In this document: one piece after another, positions 39,558 through 50,031 of the stretch
Layout: the number at the start of each line of letters is the position of its first letter
Position numbering within the stretch: the first letter of the stretch is position 1
Source of the DNA: Azonexus sp.
GTDB lineage: Bacteria; Pseudomonadota; Gammaproteobacteria; Burkholderiales; Rhodocyclaceae
Length of the DNA stretch: 64,000 bases
NCBI GenBank assembly: GCA_034376845.1
Contig: JAXMJE010000124.1
Coordinates: forward strand, 14,309 to 78,308
Direction of reading: 5' to 3'
Notes under the pieces: generated by a model
Seen by the model: only the letters and a program-made list of their open reading frames with translations
Told to the model about the DNA's origin: nothing
Databases searched by the model: none
Position numbers and translations under genes: made by a program

Positions 39558-40667
39558 TTAAAGCTCCGTGGGAGAGGTGACGAAACCGGTGACTTCAAGG
39601 CCGAAGCCGGTCATCGAGGGCATTTTGCGCGGGCTGGAGAGCAGGCGCATCTTGGAAACGCCAACGTCGCGCAGGATCTGGGCGCCGATGCCGTAGGTGC
39701 GTGGGTCCCACTTGCTCTGGACCTTTGGCTTGTTGCCGGTGAGGCGCGAAAGCAGCGCTTCGCCGTCTTCCGGGCGGTGCATGAGGACGATGACGCCGTG
39801 CCCCTTTTGCGCCAGAGCGGCTTGTGCTTCGTCGATGGAAAAGGATTGCGGCTTGCTGCCTGGATCAAGGAAGTCGAGCACGGAGAGTGGTTCATGAACA
39901 CGGACCAGGGTTTCTTCGCCAGCCGGGATCTGGCCCTTGACCAGCGCCAGATGTGTGGCGCCACTGGCGCGGTCAACATAGGCATGCAGCGTGAAATCGC
40001 CGTGCGCGGTGCTGATTACCTTGCTGGTGACGCGTTCGACCAGCGTTTCTGAGGCGGCACGGTAGTGGATGAGGTCGGCAATGGTGCCGATCTTCAGGCC
40101 ATGCACCTTGGCAAACTCGATCAGTTCCGGCAGGCGGGCCATGGTGCCGTCGTCGTTCATGATTTCGCAGATCACCGAGGACGGTTCGAGGTTGGCCATC
40201 GCGGCGAGGTCGCAACCGGCTTCGGTATGGCCGGCGCGAACCAGCACGCCGCCTGCGCGGGCGGTGATCGGGAAAACGTGGCCGGGCTGGACGATGTCGT
40301 CGGCGGTCGACGTTTTGGCCACGGCGACCTGGATGGTGCGCGCCCGGTCGGCGGCGGAAATGCCGGTGGTGACGCCTTCGGCGGCTTCGATGGAAACCGT
40401 GAAGGCGGTGCCGAACTGGGCGTTGTTATTGCGTGCCATCTGGACCAGGCCAAGCTTCTTGCAACGTTCTTCGGTCAGCGTCAGGCAGATCAGGCCACGG
40501 CCGAATTTGGCCATGAAATTGATCGCTTCGGCGCTGACATGTTCGGCCGCCATGACCAGGTCGCCCTCGTTTTCGCGGTCTTCTTCATCGACCAGAATGA
40601 CCATGCGGCCAGCCTTCATTTCGGCGACGATTTCAGCGGTTGTGGCAATGGCGGGATGGGGTGGCAT
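39558..40667 (-). CDS. ribB: DHBP synthase fused to a degenerate GTP cyclohydrolase II-like domain (RibBX type)
   Basis: DEEDRENEGD, FTVSIEA, RAGHTEA; C-terminal VRVHEPLSVLD lacks the Zn-binding cysteines. Confidence 0.92.
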   Translation of the reverse strand: MPPHPAIATTAEIVAEMKAGRMVILVDEEDRENEGDLVMAAEHVSAEAINFMAKFGRGLICLTLTEERCKKLGLVQMARNNNAQFGTAFTVSIEAAEGVTTGISAADRARTIQVAVAKTSTADDIVQPGHVFPITARAGGVLVRAGHTEAGCDLAAMANLEPSSVICEIMNDDGTMARLPELIEFAKVHGLKIGTIADLIHYRAASETLVERVTSKVISTAHGDFTLHAYVDRASGATHLALVKGQIPAGEETLVRVHEPLSVLDFLDPGSKPQSFSIDEAQAALAQKGHGVIVLMHRPEDGEALLSRLTGNKPKVQSKWDPRTYGIGAQILRDVGVSKMRLLSSPRKMPSMTGFGLEVTGFVTSPTEL

Positions 40668-40773
40668 GAGGGTCCGAAAAGCACAAAAATGGGGGGCTAT
40701 TTTCGCAGAAACAGCGCGTTAGCACATGACTTTAAAGACTGGGCGCCGTTTCGGTATCCTCGGCGGCGTTGGC

Positions 40774-41337
40774 TCAGGGGAGATAGGCTTCAACCTGAAT
40801 GCGCAGGCGAATTTCGTCGCCGATGAAAGGTGTGCCGGTTTGCAGGCCAAACTCGGAGCGCCGCAGCACGCCGTGGGCATCGGCACCGCAACCGCGTTTG
40901 CGGTTGGCAAGATTGAAGCCGCATTTGAAGCGGCTGATCTCAAGGCGTATTGGCCGGGTTTCGCCGAGCAGGGTCAGCCGGCCTTCGACCGCCACCAGTT
41001 TTTCCTGGTCAAAAATAAAATGCTGGCTGCGGAACAGGGCATTGGGGAAATCTTGCACGTTGAACCACGTATCGCTGCGCAATACCTCGTCGCGCGGTTC
41101 AAAGCCGGTATCGATCGAGGCGGTGTCAATGGTGATATCGATACTGCCGCGGCGCGCCTCGGCATCGAACTCGATATTCCCGGACGTGCGGTTGAACTGG
41201 CCGCGTTGCATCGAAAAACCGAGGTGGTCGATTTCAAAACTGGCGTAGGTGTGGCTGGGCTCGATCATGTAGTCGAGCGCACTGGCCGGTAGGGCAAGCA
41301 GAGCGAGCAAGGGGAGGAAAAGTGGCTTGAAGGTCAC
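40774..41337 (-). CDS. YceI family periplasmic protein
   Basis: Signal peptide, HLGFS..RGQF, SIDTG...RD, RRSEFG, IGDEIRLRIQVEA. Confidence 0.9.
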   Translation of the reverse strand: MTFKPLFLPLLALLALPASALDYMIEPSHTYASFEIDHLGFSMQRGQFNRTSGNIEFDAEARRGSIDITIDTASIDTGFEPRDEVLRSDTWFNVQDFPNALFRSQHFIFDQEKLVAVEGRLTLLGETRPIRLEISRFKCGFNLANRKRGCGADAHGVLRRSEFGLQTGTPFIGDEIRLRIQVEAYLP

Positions 41338-41463
41338 GGTCGACGCTCGAAAATGGGCAAAAATTAGTTGAATGGATGCGTCTATCCGACTGGCAACCGT
41401 CTCAAGCGTTCCCGAATGCAGGCAAAATGTCGGCCAATCCGCTTTCGGTTAGCCTTCCTCGCC

Positions 41464-43071
41464 ATGCGTCACGCCCTGCTTTTCTCCGTTTTCGTCATCG
41501 CCTCCTGCGGCCTGGCTTATGAGCTGATCGCCGGCGCGCTGGCGTCCTATCTGCTCGGCGATTCGGTGATGCAATTCTCGACGGTGATCGGCACCTATCT
41601 GTTCGCGATGGGTGTCGGATCATGGCTGTCCAAATACATTACCCGTGACCTGATCGGGCGCTTCATTCAGATCGAGCTGATGGTCGGGCTGCTCGGCGGC
41701 TTTTCGGCGATTGCCCTGTTTCTGGTTTTCACCTGGCTGGAAGGGCCGTTCAAGCTGGTGCTCTATCTGGTGGTGGTCGGCGTCGGCGTGCTGGTTGGTC
41801 TGGAAATTCCATTGGTCATGCGTATTCTGAAGCGGGAGCTGGCCTTCAAGGATCTGGTGTCGCAAGTGCTTACTTTCGACTATCTCGGTGCGCTGGTGGT
41901 CTCCATCCTCTTCCCGCTGGTTTTGGCGCCACAGCTCGGCATGGTCCGTACGGGCCTGCTTTTTGGCTTGCTCAACGTCGCTGTGGCCTTGTGGGCGCTG
42001 TACCTGTTTCGCGATCAACTACCCGCCCGGCGCTGGCTGGCGACGCAGAGCTGGGCTGTGTTCGCCGCGCTGCTTGCCGGCTTTGCCGGGGCCGGGCAAT
42101 TGACCACGCTGGCCGAAGCCCACCTCTATGCCGACGAAATCGTCCATGCCGAAACGACGCCCTATCAGCGCATTGTCGTCACTCGCTGGCGCGACGACCT
42201 GCGGCTCTTTCTCAATAACAACCTGCAGTTTTCCTCGCACGACGAATACCGCTATCACGAGGCGTTGGTTCATCCCGCCCTGGCCAGTCTGCCTGGCGCC
42301 CGCCGCGTGCTGGTGCTCGGCGGCGGCGATGGTCTGGCGGTGCGGGAGGTTCTCAAATACCCGAATGTTGAAGCGGTGACGCTGGTCGACCTCGACCCGG
42401 CGATGACCGAACTCTTCGCCACGGCGCCGCAGCTGGTCGCCTTGAATGCCGGAGCGCTCAAGTCAGAGCGCGTCAAGGTAGTCAATGCCGACGCACTGCA
42501 ATGGCTGGAAGAAAGCCGCGAGTATTTCGATTTCATCGTCATCGACTTTCCCGATCCGGCCAACTTTGCACTGGGCAAACTCTACACCTCGGCGTTTTAC
42601 CGCTTGCTGGAAAAGCGCCTGTCAGCGCGCGGTTTGATCGTTGTTCAGTCCACCTCGCCGCTCTACGCCCGCCAATCATTCTGGTGTGTGGTCACGACGC
42701 TCGAGTCGGTTGGCTTCAAAACCGCGCCTTATCACGCGCTGGTGCCGTCCTTCGGTGAATGGGGTTTCATCATCGCTGGCCGGCAGGATTTTTCAATGGC
42801 GGCGAGCATGGACGCCATGGCGGGCGCCGGCAGCGCAGAAACTTCGCCGGGTCGTGCGACCATAGGGGCAACCGCTGGCCCTGGGGCCACAGAAACAACT
42901 GCTGGTCGTACGGTCAACGCGAAAAATATGCGGTTTTTGACGCCAGAGACGATTCCTGATCTGTTCCGTTTTCCGGCCGATATGGCGCGCCTGCCGGCGG
43001 AGGTGAATCAGCTGAACAATCAGGTGCTGGTGCGTTACTTTGAGGCCGAGTGGCGCAAGGTCATTCGCTGA
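41464..43071 (+). CDS. Membrane-fused polyamine aminopropyltransferase (spermidine synthase-like)
   Basis: CGLAYEL N-terminal TM block, DEYRYHEALVHP, LVLGGGDG, VDLD, DFPDP, VPSFGEWG. Confidence 0.9.
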   Translation: MRHALLFSVFVIASCGLAYELIAGALASYLLGDSVMQFSTVIGTYLFAMGVGSWLSKYITRDLIGRFIQIELMVGLLGGFSAIALFLVFTWLEGPFKLVLYLVVVGVGVLVGLEIPLVMRILKRELAFKDLVSQVLTFDYLGALVVSILFPLVLAPQLGMVRTGLLFGLLNVAVALWALYLFRDQLPARRWLATQSWAVFAALLAGFAGAGQLTTLAEAHLYADEIVHAETTPYQRIVVTRWRDDLRLFLNNNLQFSSHDEYRYHEALVHPALASLPGARRVLVLGGGDGLAVREVLKYPNVEAVTLVDLDPAMTELFATAPQLVALNAGALKSERVKVVNADALQWLEESREYFDFIVIDFPDPANFALGKLYTSAFYRLLEKRLSARGLIVVQSTSPLYARQSFWCVVTTLESVGFKTAPYHALVPSFGEWGFIIAGRQDFSMAASMDAMAGAGSAETSPGRATIGATAGPGATETTAGRTVNAKNMRFLTPETIPDLFRFPADMARLPAEVNQLNNQVLVRYFEAEWRKVIR

Positions 43072-44812
43072 GCGTTTGCCGTGCCTGCAGGTAAGTAACG
43101 ATTTCGTCGAAGGGGAGCGGCTTGCTGTAAAGGTAGCCTTGCAGCACGTCGCAACCCAGGCGGCAGAGAAATTCACGCTGTGCCTCGGTTTCCACCCCTT
43201 CGGCAACCAGCGTCAGGCCAAGATTGTGGCCGAGGGCGATGGTCGCGGCGCAGATCGCGGCATCGTTGGCATCCGTCTCAATATCGGTGACGAAGGAGCG
43301 GTCAATTTTCAGGTGCTGGATCGGCAGATGCTTCAGATAGGCCAGCGATGAATAGCCGGTGCCGAAGTCATCTATCGCCAGCAAAACGCCCATGTTGGCC
43401 AACTGGTCAAGAACGCCCAGGGTGATTTCGGTATTCTGCATGGCGGTGCTTTCGGTGACTTCCAGCTCAATGTCACTCGGTTGCAACTCATTGCAGGCCA
43501 GCGCGCCACGCACCAGCAAGAGCAGATTTTCGTGGCGTAGTTGATGCGCTGAAATATTGATGGCGATGCGGATTTTGTCGAAACCACGCAACTTCAACTC
43601 GCGAATTTGCCGGCAGGCCTCCCAGATCACCCAGTCGCCCAGCGGTTGTATCAGGCCGGTTTCTTCGGCGATGCCAATGAAACGTAGCGGTGATACTGAG
43701 CCAAGAATCGGGCTGTTCCAGCGCAGCAGCGCTTCAAGCGCAATAACCTGGCCAGATAGGGCATTGATCTGAGGCTGAAAATGCAGCGAAAACTCACACG
43801 ATTCCGGAGAAATGGCCGCGACCGCAAGGCGTAGGGCGCCCTCCAGGCGCAGGCGTTCGCCGGCCGCGGCATTCATTCGGCTGGCGTAAAACTGGTGATT
43901 GTTCCGGCCGACACTCTTGGCGTGGTACATCGCTGAATCGGCATTGCGTAACAGCGTTGCGGCATCCTGCCCATCGGTCGGGAACAGGCTGATGCCGATG
44001 CTCGGTGTGGCATAAAGCGCGTGCCCGTCCACCTGATAGCTGTCGGCCAGCGTCTGCTGAACTTTGTTGGCAACGCGGGCGGCGATTATTGGCCCGTCGA
44101 TTTCAGGCAGAACAACAACGAATTCGTCACCGCCCAGGCGGGCAACCAGATCGCTGCTGCGGATGCATTCGCGCAGGCGATGGGCAACCCTTTGTAATAC
44201 TTCGTCACCAATATGATGGCCGAGGGTGTCGTTGATATTTTTAAAGTTGTCGAGGTCAATCACCATCAGCGCCAGCTGGCGTCCTTCCCGGGCGCAAATG
44301 CGCAGGCTCTGCGTGAGCTGGGTTTCAAATGACAGGCGGTTGGGTAATTGGGTGAGCGGGTCGTGATAAGCCAGATGGGCGAGGCGATCGGCGGCATCTT
44401 TGCTGGCGCTGATGTCATTAAAGCTGGCGACATAATTTTGCACGACCCCGGCCTCATCACGAATCACCGAGATGGACAACCATTTCGGGTAAGTGCTGCC
44501 GTCTTTGCGCTTATCCCAGATTTCACCCTGCCAGAAATCGTCTTGCAGCAACGACTGCCACATCAATTTATAAAACTCGGGTTCAGCATGGCCGGAGGAG
44601 AGGATTTTCGGATCCTCACCCAGTATCTCGGCTGCACTGTAGCCAGTAAGTTCAGAAAATGTGGCATTAACCGCGACGACACGATTTCTCGCATCAGTAA
44701 TCAAAATGGACTCACCGCTTTGCTCAAAGGCGCGTTGCAAAACTGAAAGTGACAGTGCTCCGCTGCCACTTTCGCGTTTGACTGGGGCCGAGCGTTCACC
44801 GGCTTGCCACAT
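43061..44812 (-). CDS. PAS-GGDEF-EAL protein
   Basis: [26 protein letters not shown]. Confidence 0.93.
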   Translation of the reverse strand: MWQAGERSAPVKRESGSGALSLSVLQRAFEQSGESILITDARNRVVAVNATFSELTGYSAAEILGEDPKILSSGHAEPEFYKLMWQSLLQDDFWQGEIWDKRKDGSTYPKWLSISVIRDEAGVVQNYVASFNDISASKDAADRLAHLAYHDPLTQLPNRLSFETQLTQSLRICAREGRQLALMVIDLDNFKNINDTLGHHIGDEVLQRVAHRLRECIRSSDLVARLGGDEFVVVLPEIDGPIIAARVANKVQQTLADSYQVDGHALYATPSIGISLFPTDGQDAATLLRNADSAMYHAKSVGRNNHQFYASRMNAAAGERLRLEGALRLAVAAISPESCEFSLHFQPQINALSGQVIALEALLRWNSPILGSVSPLRFIGIAEETGLIQPLGDWVIWEACRQIRELKLRGFDKIRIAINISAHQLRHENLLLLVRGALACNELQPSDIELEVTESTAMQNTEITLGVLDQLANMGVLLAIDDFGTGYSSLAYLKHLPIQHLKIDRSFVTDIETDANDAAICAATIALGHNLGLTLVAEGVETEAQREFLCRLGCDVLQGYLYSKPLPFDEIVTYLQARQTLSE

Positions 44813-44847
44813 TTTGACTAGTCTCCCTATTCGTATAGAGGGATAGT

Positions 44848-45939
44848 TTAGACGTTAAACAAGAAATTTAGTACATCGCCATCTTTTACGACGTACTCCT
44901 TGCCTTCGGCACGCATTTTGCCGGCTTCTTTGGCGCCCGACTCGCCTTTGTAGGCAATGAAGTCGTCAAAAGCGATGGTCTGGGCACGGATGAAGCCGCG
45001 TTCAAAGTCAGTGTGGATAACACCAGCCGCCTGCGGGGCGGTGTCGCCGACGTGGATGGTCCAGGCGCGAACCTCTTTGACGCCGGCCGTGAAGTAGGTG
45101 GCCAGGCCAAGTAGCTGGTAACCGGTGCGGATCAGGCGGTTCAGGCCAGGTTCGTCGAGGCCGAGGTCGGCCAGGAACATCTGCTTCTCATCATCGTCCA
45201 GATCGGCGATTTCCGATTCGATTGAGGCACAAACGGCAACGACTTCAGCTTTTTCAGCGGCTGCATGGGTGCGGACGCTATCCAGAAGCGGATTGTTCTC
45301 GAAGCCATCTTCGGCGACGTTGGCGACATAGAGCACCGGCTTGGCGGTAATCAGGCACAGCGGCTTGAGGCTGAGCCACTCTTCTTTGGAAAGATCGAGG
45401 GCACGCACCGCCTTGGCCTGGTCAAGCTGGGCAAAACATTTGTCGAGCACGGCCACCAGTGCCTTCGCATCCTTGTCGCCGGCGGTGGCCGGTTTGCGAT
45501 AGCGGGCCAGGGCTTTTTCCACGGTCGACATGTCAGCGAGGGCTAATTCCGTATCGATCACTTCAATGTCGCGTAACGGGTCAACGCCGCCGGAAACGTG
45601 GATCACGTTGTCGTCGGCAAAGCAGCGCACCACATGTACGACGGCATCGGTTTCGCGAATGTTGGCGAGAAATTTGTTACCTAGACCTTCACCTTTCGAG
45701 GCGCCAGCCACCAGGCCGGCGATATCGACGAATTCGACAATGGCCGGTTGCATACGCTGGGGTTTGACGATGGCGGCCAGTTGCCCCATCCGCGGATCCG
45801 GCACTTCAACGATGCCAACGTTCGGTTCGATGGTGCAGAAGGGGTAATTTTCCGCTGCGATGCCCGACTTGGTCAGCGCATTGAACAGAGTGGATTTGCC
45901 GACGTTGGGCAGGCCGACGATGCCGCATTTCAAAGACAT
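44848..45939 (-). CDS. ychF: Ribosome-binding ATPase YchF
   Basis: [35 protein letters not shown]. Confidence 0.98.
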   Translation of the reverse strand: MSLKCGIVGLPNVGKSTLFNALTKSGIAAENYPFCTIEPNVGIVEVPDPRMGQLAAIVKPQRMQPAIVEFVDIAGLVAGASKGEGLGNKFLANIRETDAVVHVVRCFADDNVIHVSGGVDPLRDIEVIDTELALADMSTVEKALARYRKPATAGDKDAKALVAVLDKCFAQLDQAKAVRALDLSKEEWLSLKPLCLITAKPVLYVANVAEDGFENNPLLDSVRTHAAAEKAEVVAVCASIESEIADLDDDEKQMFLADLGLDEPGLNRLIRTGYQLLGLATYFTAGVKEVRAWTIHVGDTAPQAAGVIHTDFERGFIRAQTIAFDDFIAYKGESGAKEAGKMRAEGKEYVVKDGDVLNFLFNV

Positions 45940-45962
45940 GGATTTTCCTAAGGTTTTGCCAA

Positions 45963-46541
45963 TTAAATGGCTTTGCCGTGCAACTGTTGTTGAGCGCCGG
46001 CAAAGTCACCGGCAGCAAGTTTCGGCCAGGCCAGCAGGCTGCGGGCGAGGGCGTGTTCAATATCCGGCATTTCTTCCTTGCGTGGCGGATGCAGTACAAA
46101 ATCAACAACCGCTTGCGCCAGATTCAAAGTGCGCGGGTGGCCAATGCCCAGACGCAGGCGCCAGAAATCGGGGCTGCCGAGCTTGGCCTGAATATCCTTC
46201 AAGCCATTATGGCCGCCATTGCCGCCACCTTGCTTGAGGCGAATGCCGCCGGGTGGCAGGTCGAGTTCATCGTGGATAACGAGAATTTCGGCCGGAGAAA
46301 TTTTGTAAAAATTAGCCAGCGCCGCGACCGATTGGCCGGAGCGGTTCATAAATGTGGTCGGCTGCAGTAACCAGAGCTCATCGCTGCGGGCTGCCCGGCC
46401 GAAAAACTTGGCTTGCGGCGCGAGTGCGATCTTGAGCTTGTCTGCCAACTGGTCGACAAACCAGAAGCCGACATTGTGTCGGGTAGCGGCGTATTCCTGG
46501 CCCGGGTTACCGAGGCCGACGATCAGGCGAAGTGGATGCAT
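45963..46541 (-). CDS. pth: Peptidyl-tRNA hydrolase
   Basis: VGLGNPG, TRHNVG, FMNRSG, HDELD, GHNGL. Confidence 0.97.
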   Translation of the reverse strand: MHPLRLIVGLGNPGQEYAATRHNVGFWFVDQLADKLKIALAPQAKFFGRAARSDELWLLQPTTFMNRSGQSVAALANFYKISPAEILVIHDELDLPPGGIRLKQGGGNGGHNGLKDIQAKLGSPDFWRLRLGIGHPRTLNLAQAVVDFVLHPPRKEEMPDIEHALARSLLAWPKLAAGDFAGAQQQLHGKAI

Positions 46542-46610
46542 GGCGGGAAAAATGAAATGGCCGCCGGCGGCAAAATGCCTGCGGCGGCCAATGCAGCAAA
46601 GGGCCGAAGA

Positions 46611-47216
46611 TTAGTCGGCGGCAGCTTCGCCTTCAGCGGCAGCAGCGCCGCCCTTGCCGGCAACGATGCTGACCAGAATCGGGTCATCAGAACCGTGCTG
46701 AACCAGTTTGACACCAGCCGGCAGCGCGAGCTGGGAGGCGTGGATGTTGTCACCAATGTTCATGCTGCCGAGGTCAACCGCAATGAACTCAGGCAGATCC
46801 TTGGCCAGACATTGCACTTCAACTTCGGTCTGGACGTGATTGACCAGGCCATTGTTCAGTTTGACGCCTACGCCTTCGGTTTCATTGGTGTAGTGCAGCG
46901 GCACCATCATGTGCAGTTCGTGGGTCGCATCAACGCGCTGGAAGTCGACGTGCAGAACGAGCGGCTTGTAGGCGTGAACTTGCGTATCGCGCAACAGAAC
47001 CTGTTCGGTTTTGCCATTCAGAACCAGATTGATAATGGTTGAATGGAAGGCTTCTTTTTTCAGCTTGAGCAGAATGTCGTTGTGTTCGACTTCGATCGAT
47101 TGCGGCACACCTTCGCCACCGTAAACAATACCGGGGACTTTGGACGCGCGGCGCAGGCGGCGGCTCGCACTCGTGCCCTGCAGCGTGCGCGTTTGCGCGA
47201 TTAGTTCAAATTGCAT
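46611..47216 (-). CDS. rplY: 50S ribosomal protein L25/Ctc
   Basis: ASRRLRR, VPGIVYG, HVDFQRV; prs-rplY-pth synteny. Confidence 0.96.
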   Translation of the reverse strand: MQFELIAQTRTLQGTSASRRLRRASKVPGIVYGGEGVPQSIEVEHNDILLKLKKEAFHSTIINLVLNGKTEQVLLRDTQVHAYKPLVLHVDFQRVDATHELHMMVPLHYTNETEGVGVKLNNGLVNHVQTEVEVQCLAKDLPEFIAVDLGSMNIGDNIHASQLALPAGVKLVQHGSDDPILVSIVAGKGGAAAAEGEAAAD

Positions 47217-47233
47217 GGTGTTACTCCAGGTTT

Positions 47234-47259
47234 TTCCTGCTCCGCGACCAGAGCAGGAA
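47234..47259 (-). promoter_or_regulatory. rplY leader hairpin (putative L25 autoregulatory structure)
   Basis: mRNA TTCCTGCTC-TGGTCGCG-GAGCAGGAA just upstream of the GGAG SD. Confidence 0.55.
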
Positions 47260-47271
47260 GTTAAAAAGCAG

Positions 47272-47328
47272 TGGTTAGTTATTAGTCATTAGTCATTAGC
47301 CAATGTTTGCTGGCGACTAACGACTTAG
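47272..47328 (-). repeat. Heptamer inverted-repeat element (empty, short) between prs and rplY
   Basis: mRNA sense ctaag tcgttag tcgccag - 10 nt - ctaatga ctaatga ctaataa ctaacca. Confidence 0.8.
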
Positions 47329-47337
47329 TTCTTGTGG

Positions 47338-48288
47338 CTAGTCGATAAACAGCGACGACACCGAGTCGTCGTTGCTGATGCGGCGAATGGTTTCGGCCAT
47401 TATTTCAGCAACGGAAAGTTGCCGGATACGGGTCGAATGAGCCGCGTCATCACGCAGCGGAATGGTGTCGGTGACGACCAGCGCGTCGAGATCGGAGTCG
47501 TTAACCCGTTCGATCGCCGGGCCGGAAAGGACCGGATGCGTACAGTAGGCGACGACCTGCTTGGCGCCACGCTGTTTGAGCGCAGTGGCCGCCTTGCACA
47601 GCGTGCCGGCGGTGTCGACCATATCATCCATGATGATGCAGGTACGGCCGTCGACTTCACCGATGATATTCATCACTTCGGAAACGTTGGCTTTCGGACG
47701 GCGCTTGTCGATGATCGCCAGGTCGCATTCGAGGCGCTTGGCCAACGAACGAGCGCGGACAACGCCGCCGTGGTCGGGCGAAACGACCATCGGGTTCTGG
47801 TAATTCTGCTTCTGGATGTCTGCGAGCAGAATGGGCAGGGCGTAGATGTTATCGACCGGAATGTCGAAGAAGCCTTGAATTTGTTCGGCGTGTAAATCCA
47901 TGGTCAAAACGCGGTCGACCCCGGATGCAACCAGCATGTTGGCGACCAGCTTGGCGGCGATCGGGACGCGCGATGAGCGCGAGCGACGGTCCTGGCGGGC
48001 GTAGCCGAAATAGGGGATGGCAGCGGTAATCCGGCCGGCTGAGGCGCGCTTGAGCGAATCAACGATAACCAGAAGTTCCATCAGGTTGTCATTGCAGGGG
48101 GCGCAGGTGGATTGCAGCACGAAGATGTCACGACCACGCACATGTTCTTGCAGTTCGACGCTGACTTCACCATCGGAGAAGCGGCCGACATTGGCTCGAC
48201 CCAGATCAACATTTAGTTGGGTAGCGACCCCGGCAGCCAGTTTTGGGTTGGCATTGCCAGTGAAGACCATCAAGCTGTTATAGGCCAT
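47338..48288 (-). CDS. prs: Ribose-phosphate pyrophosphokinase
   Basis: [36 protein letters not shown]. Confidence 0.98.
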   Translation of the reverse strand: MAYNSLMVFTGNANPKLAAGVATQLNVDLGRANVGRFSDGEVSVELQEHVRGRDIFVLQSTCAPCNDNLMELLVIVDSLKRASAGRITAAIPYFGYARQDRRSRSSRVPIAAKLVANMLVASGVDRVLTMDLHAEQIQGFFDIPVDNIYALPILLADIQKQNYQNPMVVSPDHGGVVRARSLAKRLECDLAIIDKRRPKANVSEVMNIIGEVDGRTCIIMDDMVDTAGTLCKAATALKQRGAKQVVAYCTHPVLSGPAIERVNDSDLDALVVTDTIPLRDDAAHSTRIRQLSVAEIMAETIRRISNDDSVSSLFID

Positions 48289-48347
48289 TCTCACGTTCCT
48301 CAGGGCGATCTTGTGTTGCTTGCGCATTTTTGCCCGCCACAATGAAA

Positions 48348-48373
48348 ATCGGGCAGGCTTTTAACCTGCCCGA
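48348..48373 (-). terminator. Hairpin/terminator after tRNA-Gln
   Basis: TCGGGCAGG-cttttaa-CCTGCCCGA. Confidence 0.6.
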
Positions 48374-48380
48374 AGGAAGC

Positions 48381-48457
48381 TGGCTGGGGAAGAAGGATTC
48401 GAACCTTCGAATGCCGGAATCAAAATCCGGTGCCTTGACCAACTTGGCGACTCCCCA
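48381..48457 (-). tRNA. tRNA-Gln (anticodon TTG)
   Basis: TGGGGAGTCGCCAAGTTGGTCAAGGCACCGGATTTTGATTCCGGCATTCGAAGGTTCGAATCCTTCTTCCCCAGCCA; cloverleaf with CCA; usual ispE-prs position. Confidence 0.97.
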
Positions 48458-48488
48458 GCGGGTCGTCAGAACAGCTTTGCGTTCAAAC

Positions 48489-48503
48489 GAGGCGCGAATT
48501 ATA
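48489..48503 (-). promoter_or_regulatory. Stable-RNA-type promoter -10 plus discriminator
   Basis: TATAAT followed by GC-rich TCGCGCCTC. Confidence 0.5.
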
Positions 48504-48613
48504 TAGGGGGTTCAATGGGAAATCCAGTTTTTTTGTGACAAAAATCAGTGCGAATTGAGCCGGTTGAATCGGGAAATCCGGATAAAACACCAGGAAGCTT
48601 TGAACGGAGGTTT

Positions 48614-49462
48614 TTAGTCAAGGCAAGCCAGTGGATGTTCCGGCAGAGCGTCAGCAACCCAGCCCGTCATCTGGGCCGGGAGCTTTGCTTGCGTGCTTTC
48701 TGCCGCGTCGCGGTTGGCAAAGGCGGCAAAAACGCAGGCGCCGGAGCCGGTCATCATGGCTTGCGGGGCGAATCGACGGAGCCAGGCAAGGTGTTCGGCC
48801 ACGGCTGGAAACCTGGCGCAGGCGACTGGCTCAAGATCGTTGTGGCCGTCGCCGTAGCACCAGGCCGCCGGCGTGATGCTCGGCGTATCGCGTTGCAAGT
48901 CAGGGGCGCCAAAAATTGCCGCAGTTGGGACGTTGACCGCAGGATGCAGGACCAGGTAACTGGCGGCGGGCAGGTGAACATCGGTGAACGTTTCGCCGAC
49001 CCCTTCGGCAAAGGTGTTTTGACCATGAATGAAAACAGGAACGTCGGCACCGAGCCTGAGGCCGAGTTTTTCCAGTTCGCGGCGGGTGAGGCCGCTTTGC
49101 CATAAATGATTCAGGGCAAGCAGCACGGTGGCAGCGTCGGAGCTGCCGCCGCCGAGACCGCCGCCCATCGGCAGTTGTTTGTCGAGATGGATGGTGACGC
49201 CTTGTCGGCGGCCGGTACTTTCCTGTAACAAGCGGGCGGCGCGCACGGTCAGGTCGGTTTCGGGCGCTACTCCGGGGGTCGGTGTGGCAAGGACGATACG
49301 GTCATCATTGCGCGCTTCAAAACGTAATTGGTCGGCGCGGTCGATAAAGCGGAAAACGGTTTGTAACAAGTGGTAGCCGTCAGCTCGCCGGCCGATGACG
49401 TGCAGGAAAAGGTTGAGTTTGGCCGGGGCTGGCCAAGTGCTTTGCCAGGTCCAGCGGGTCAT
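48614..49462 (-). CDS. ispE: 4-diphosphocytidyl-2-C-methyl-D-erythritol kinase
   Basis: PAPAKLNLFL, PMGGGLGGGSSDAA, LGADVP, MTGSGACVF. Confidence 0.96.
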   Translation of the reverse strand: MTRWTWQSTWPAPAKLNLFLHVIGRRADGYHLLQTVFRFIDRADQLRFEARNDDRIVLATPTPGVAPETDLTVRAARLLQESTGRRQGVTIHLDKQLPMGGGLGGGSSDAATVLLALNHLWQSGLTRRELEKLGLRLGADVPVFIHGQNTFAEGVGETFTDVHLPAASYLVLHPAVNVPTAAIFGAPDLQRDTPSITPAAWCYGDGHNDLEPVACARFPAVAEHLAWLRRFAPQAMMTGSGACVFAAFANRDAAESTQAKLPAQMTGWVADALPEHPLACLD

Positions 49463-50031
49463 GGGCTTTCTTTCCATTCTTCGATGCGCAGGCGTAGTTC
49501 GATTTCCTGGTCGCGCCGTAGTGTCAGGCGAGCCGGTAGGGCGCCGGGGGTTTCGTCGTCGTAGGTGTAGTCGATTTGCCAGCCGTCTTCGTGCAGGCGC
49601 GTTGGGCGCAGGCGTTCGTCGCGTTCAATTTGTGCGGAATGGTTGGCGCGGCCAAGTAGCCAGGCGGGGAGCGGGGTAATCGGCAGGCGCTGGCCGGTGA
49701 CTTCTTCGATCAGGGTTTCCGGGTCGGAGGATTCGTGGGTTTTGCCGTCGCCGGTGCGGAGGCGTGAAAGCACTGGCGTCGTGTCGATTTCAGCCATGCC
49801 GTAACCGAGCGGGCTGGAGAGCAGTACATGGTTGTCGCCATTTTTGTGCGTCCAGCTCAGTCGGCCGCCGGAACTTTGTGGCGGCTGTTCGGGCAGGCTG
49901 ACGCGCAGAGCGAAACGGGCTTCCAGCGCGAAATCTCCCACCTTGTCGCGGCTCGGCATCGGACTGGGGGGCAGGCTGGTGCAGCCGGCGAGCAGGCTGC
50001 CGATGATGAGTGTGGTGAAAAGTGCCTTCAA
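49459..50031 (-). CDS. lolB: Outer-membrane lipoprotein LolB
   Basis: Lipobox LAGC, LSSPLG, LP...WLLG, GWQIDY; synteny. Confidence 0.88.
   Translation of the reverse strand: MKALFTTLIIGSLLAGCTSLPPSPMPSRDKVGDFALEARFALRVSLPEQPPQSSGGRLSWTHKNGDNHVLLSSPLGYGMAEIDTTPVLSRLRTGDGKTHESSDPETLIEEVTGQRLPITPLPAWLLGRANHSAQIERDERLRPTRLHEDGWQIDYTYDDETPGALPARLTLRRDQEIELRLRIEEWKESP

Noticed and set aside
39558-40100. Novel inactivation of the GTP cyclohydrolase II domain
   Set aside because: Loss of the Zn ligands in this fusion is the known RibBX type in proteobacteria.
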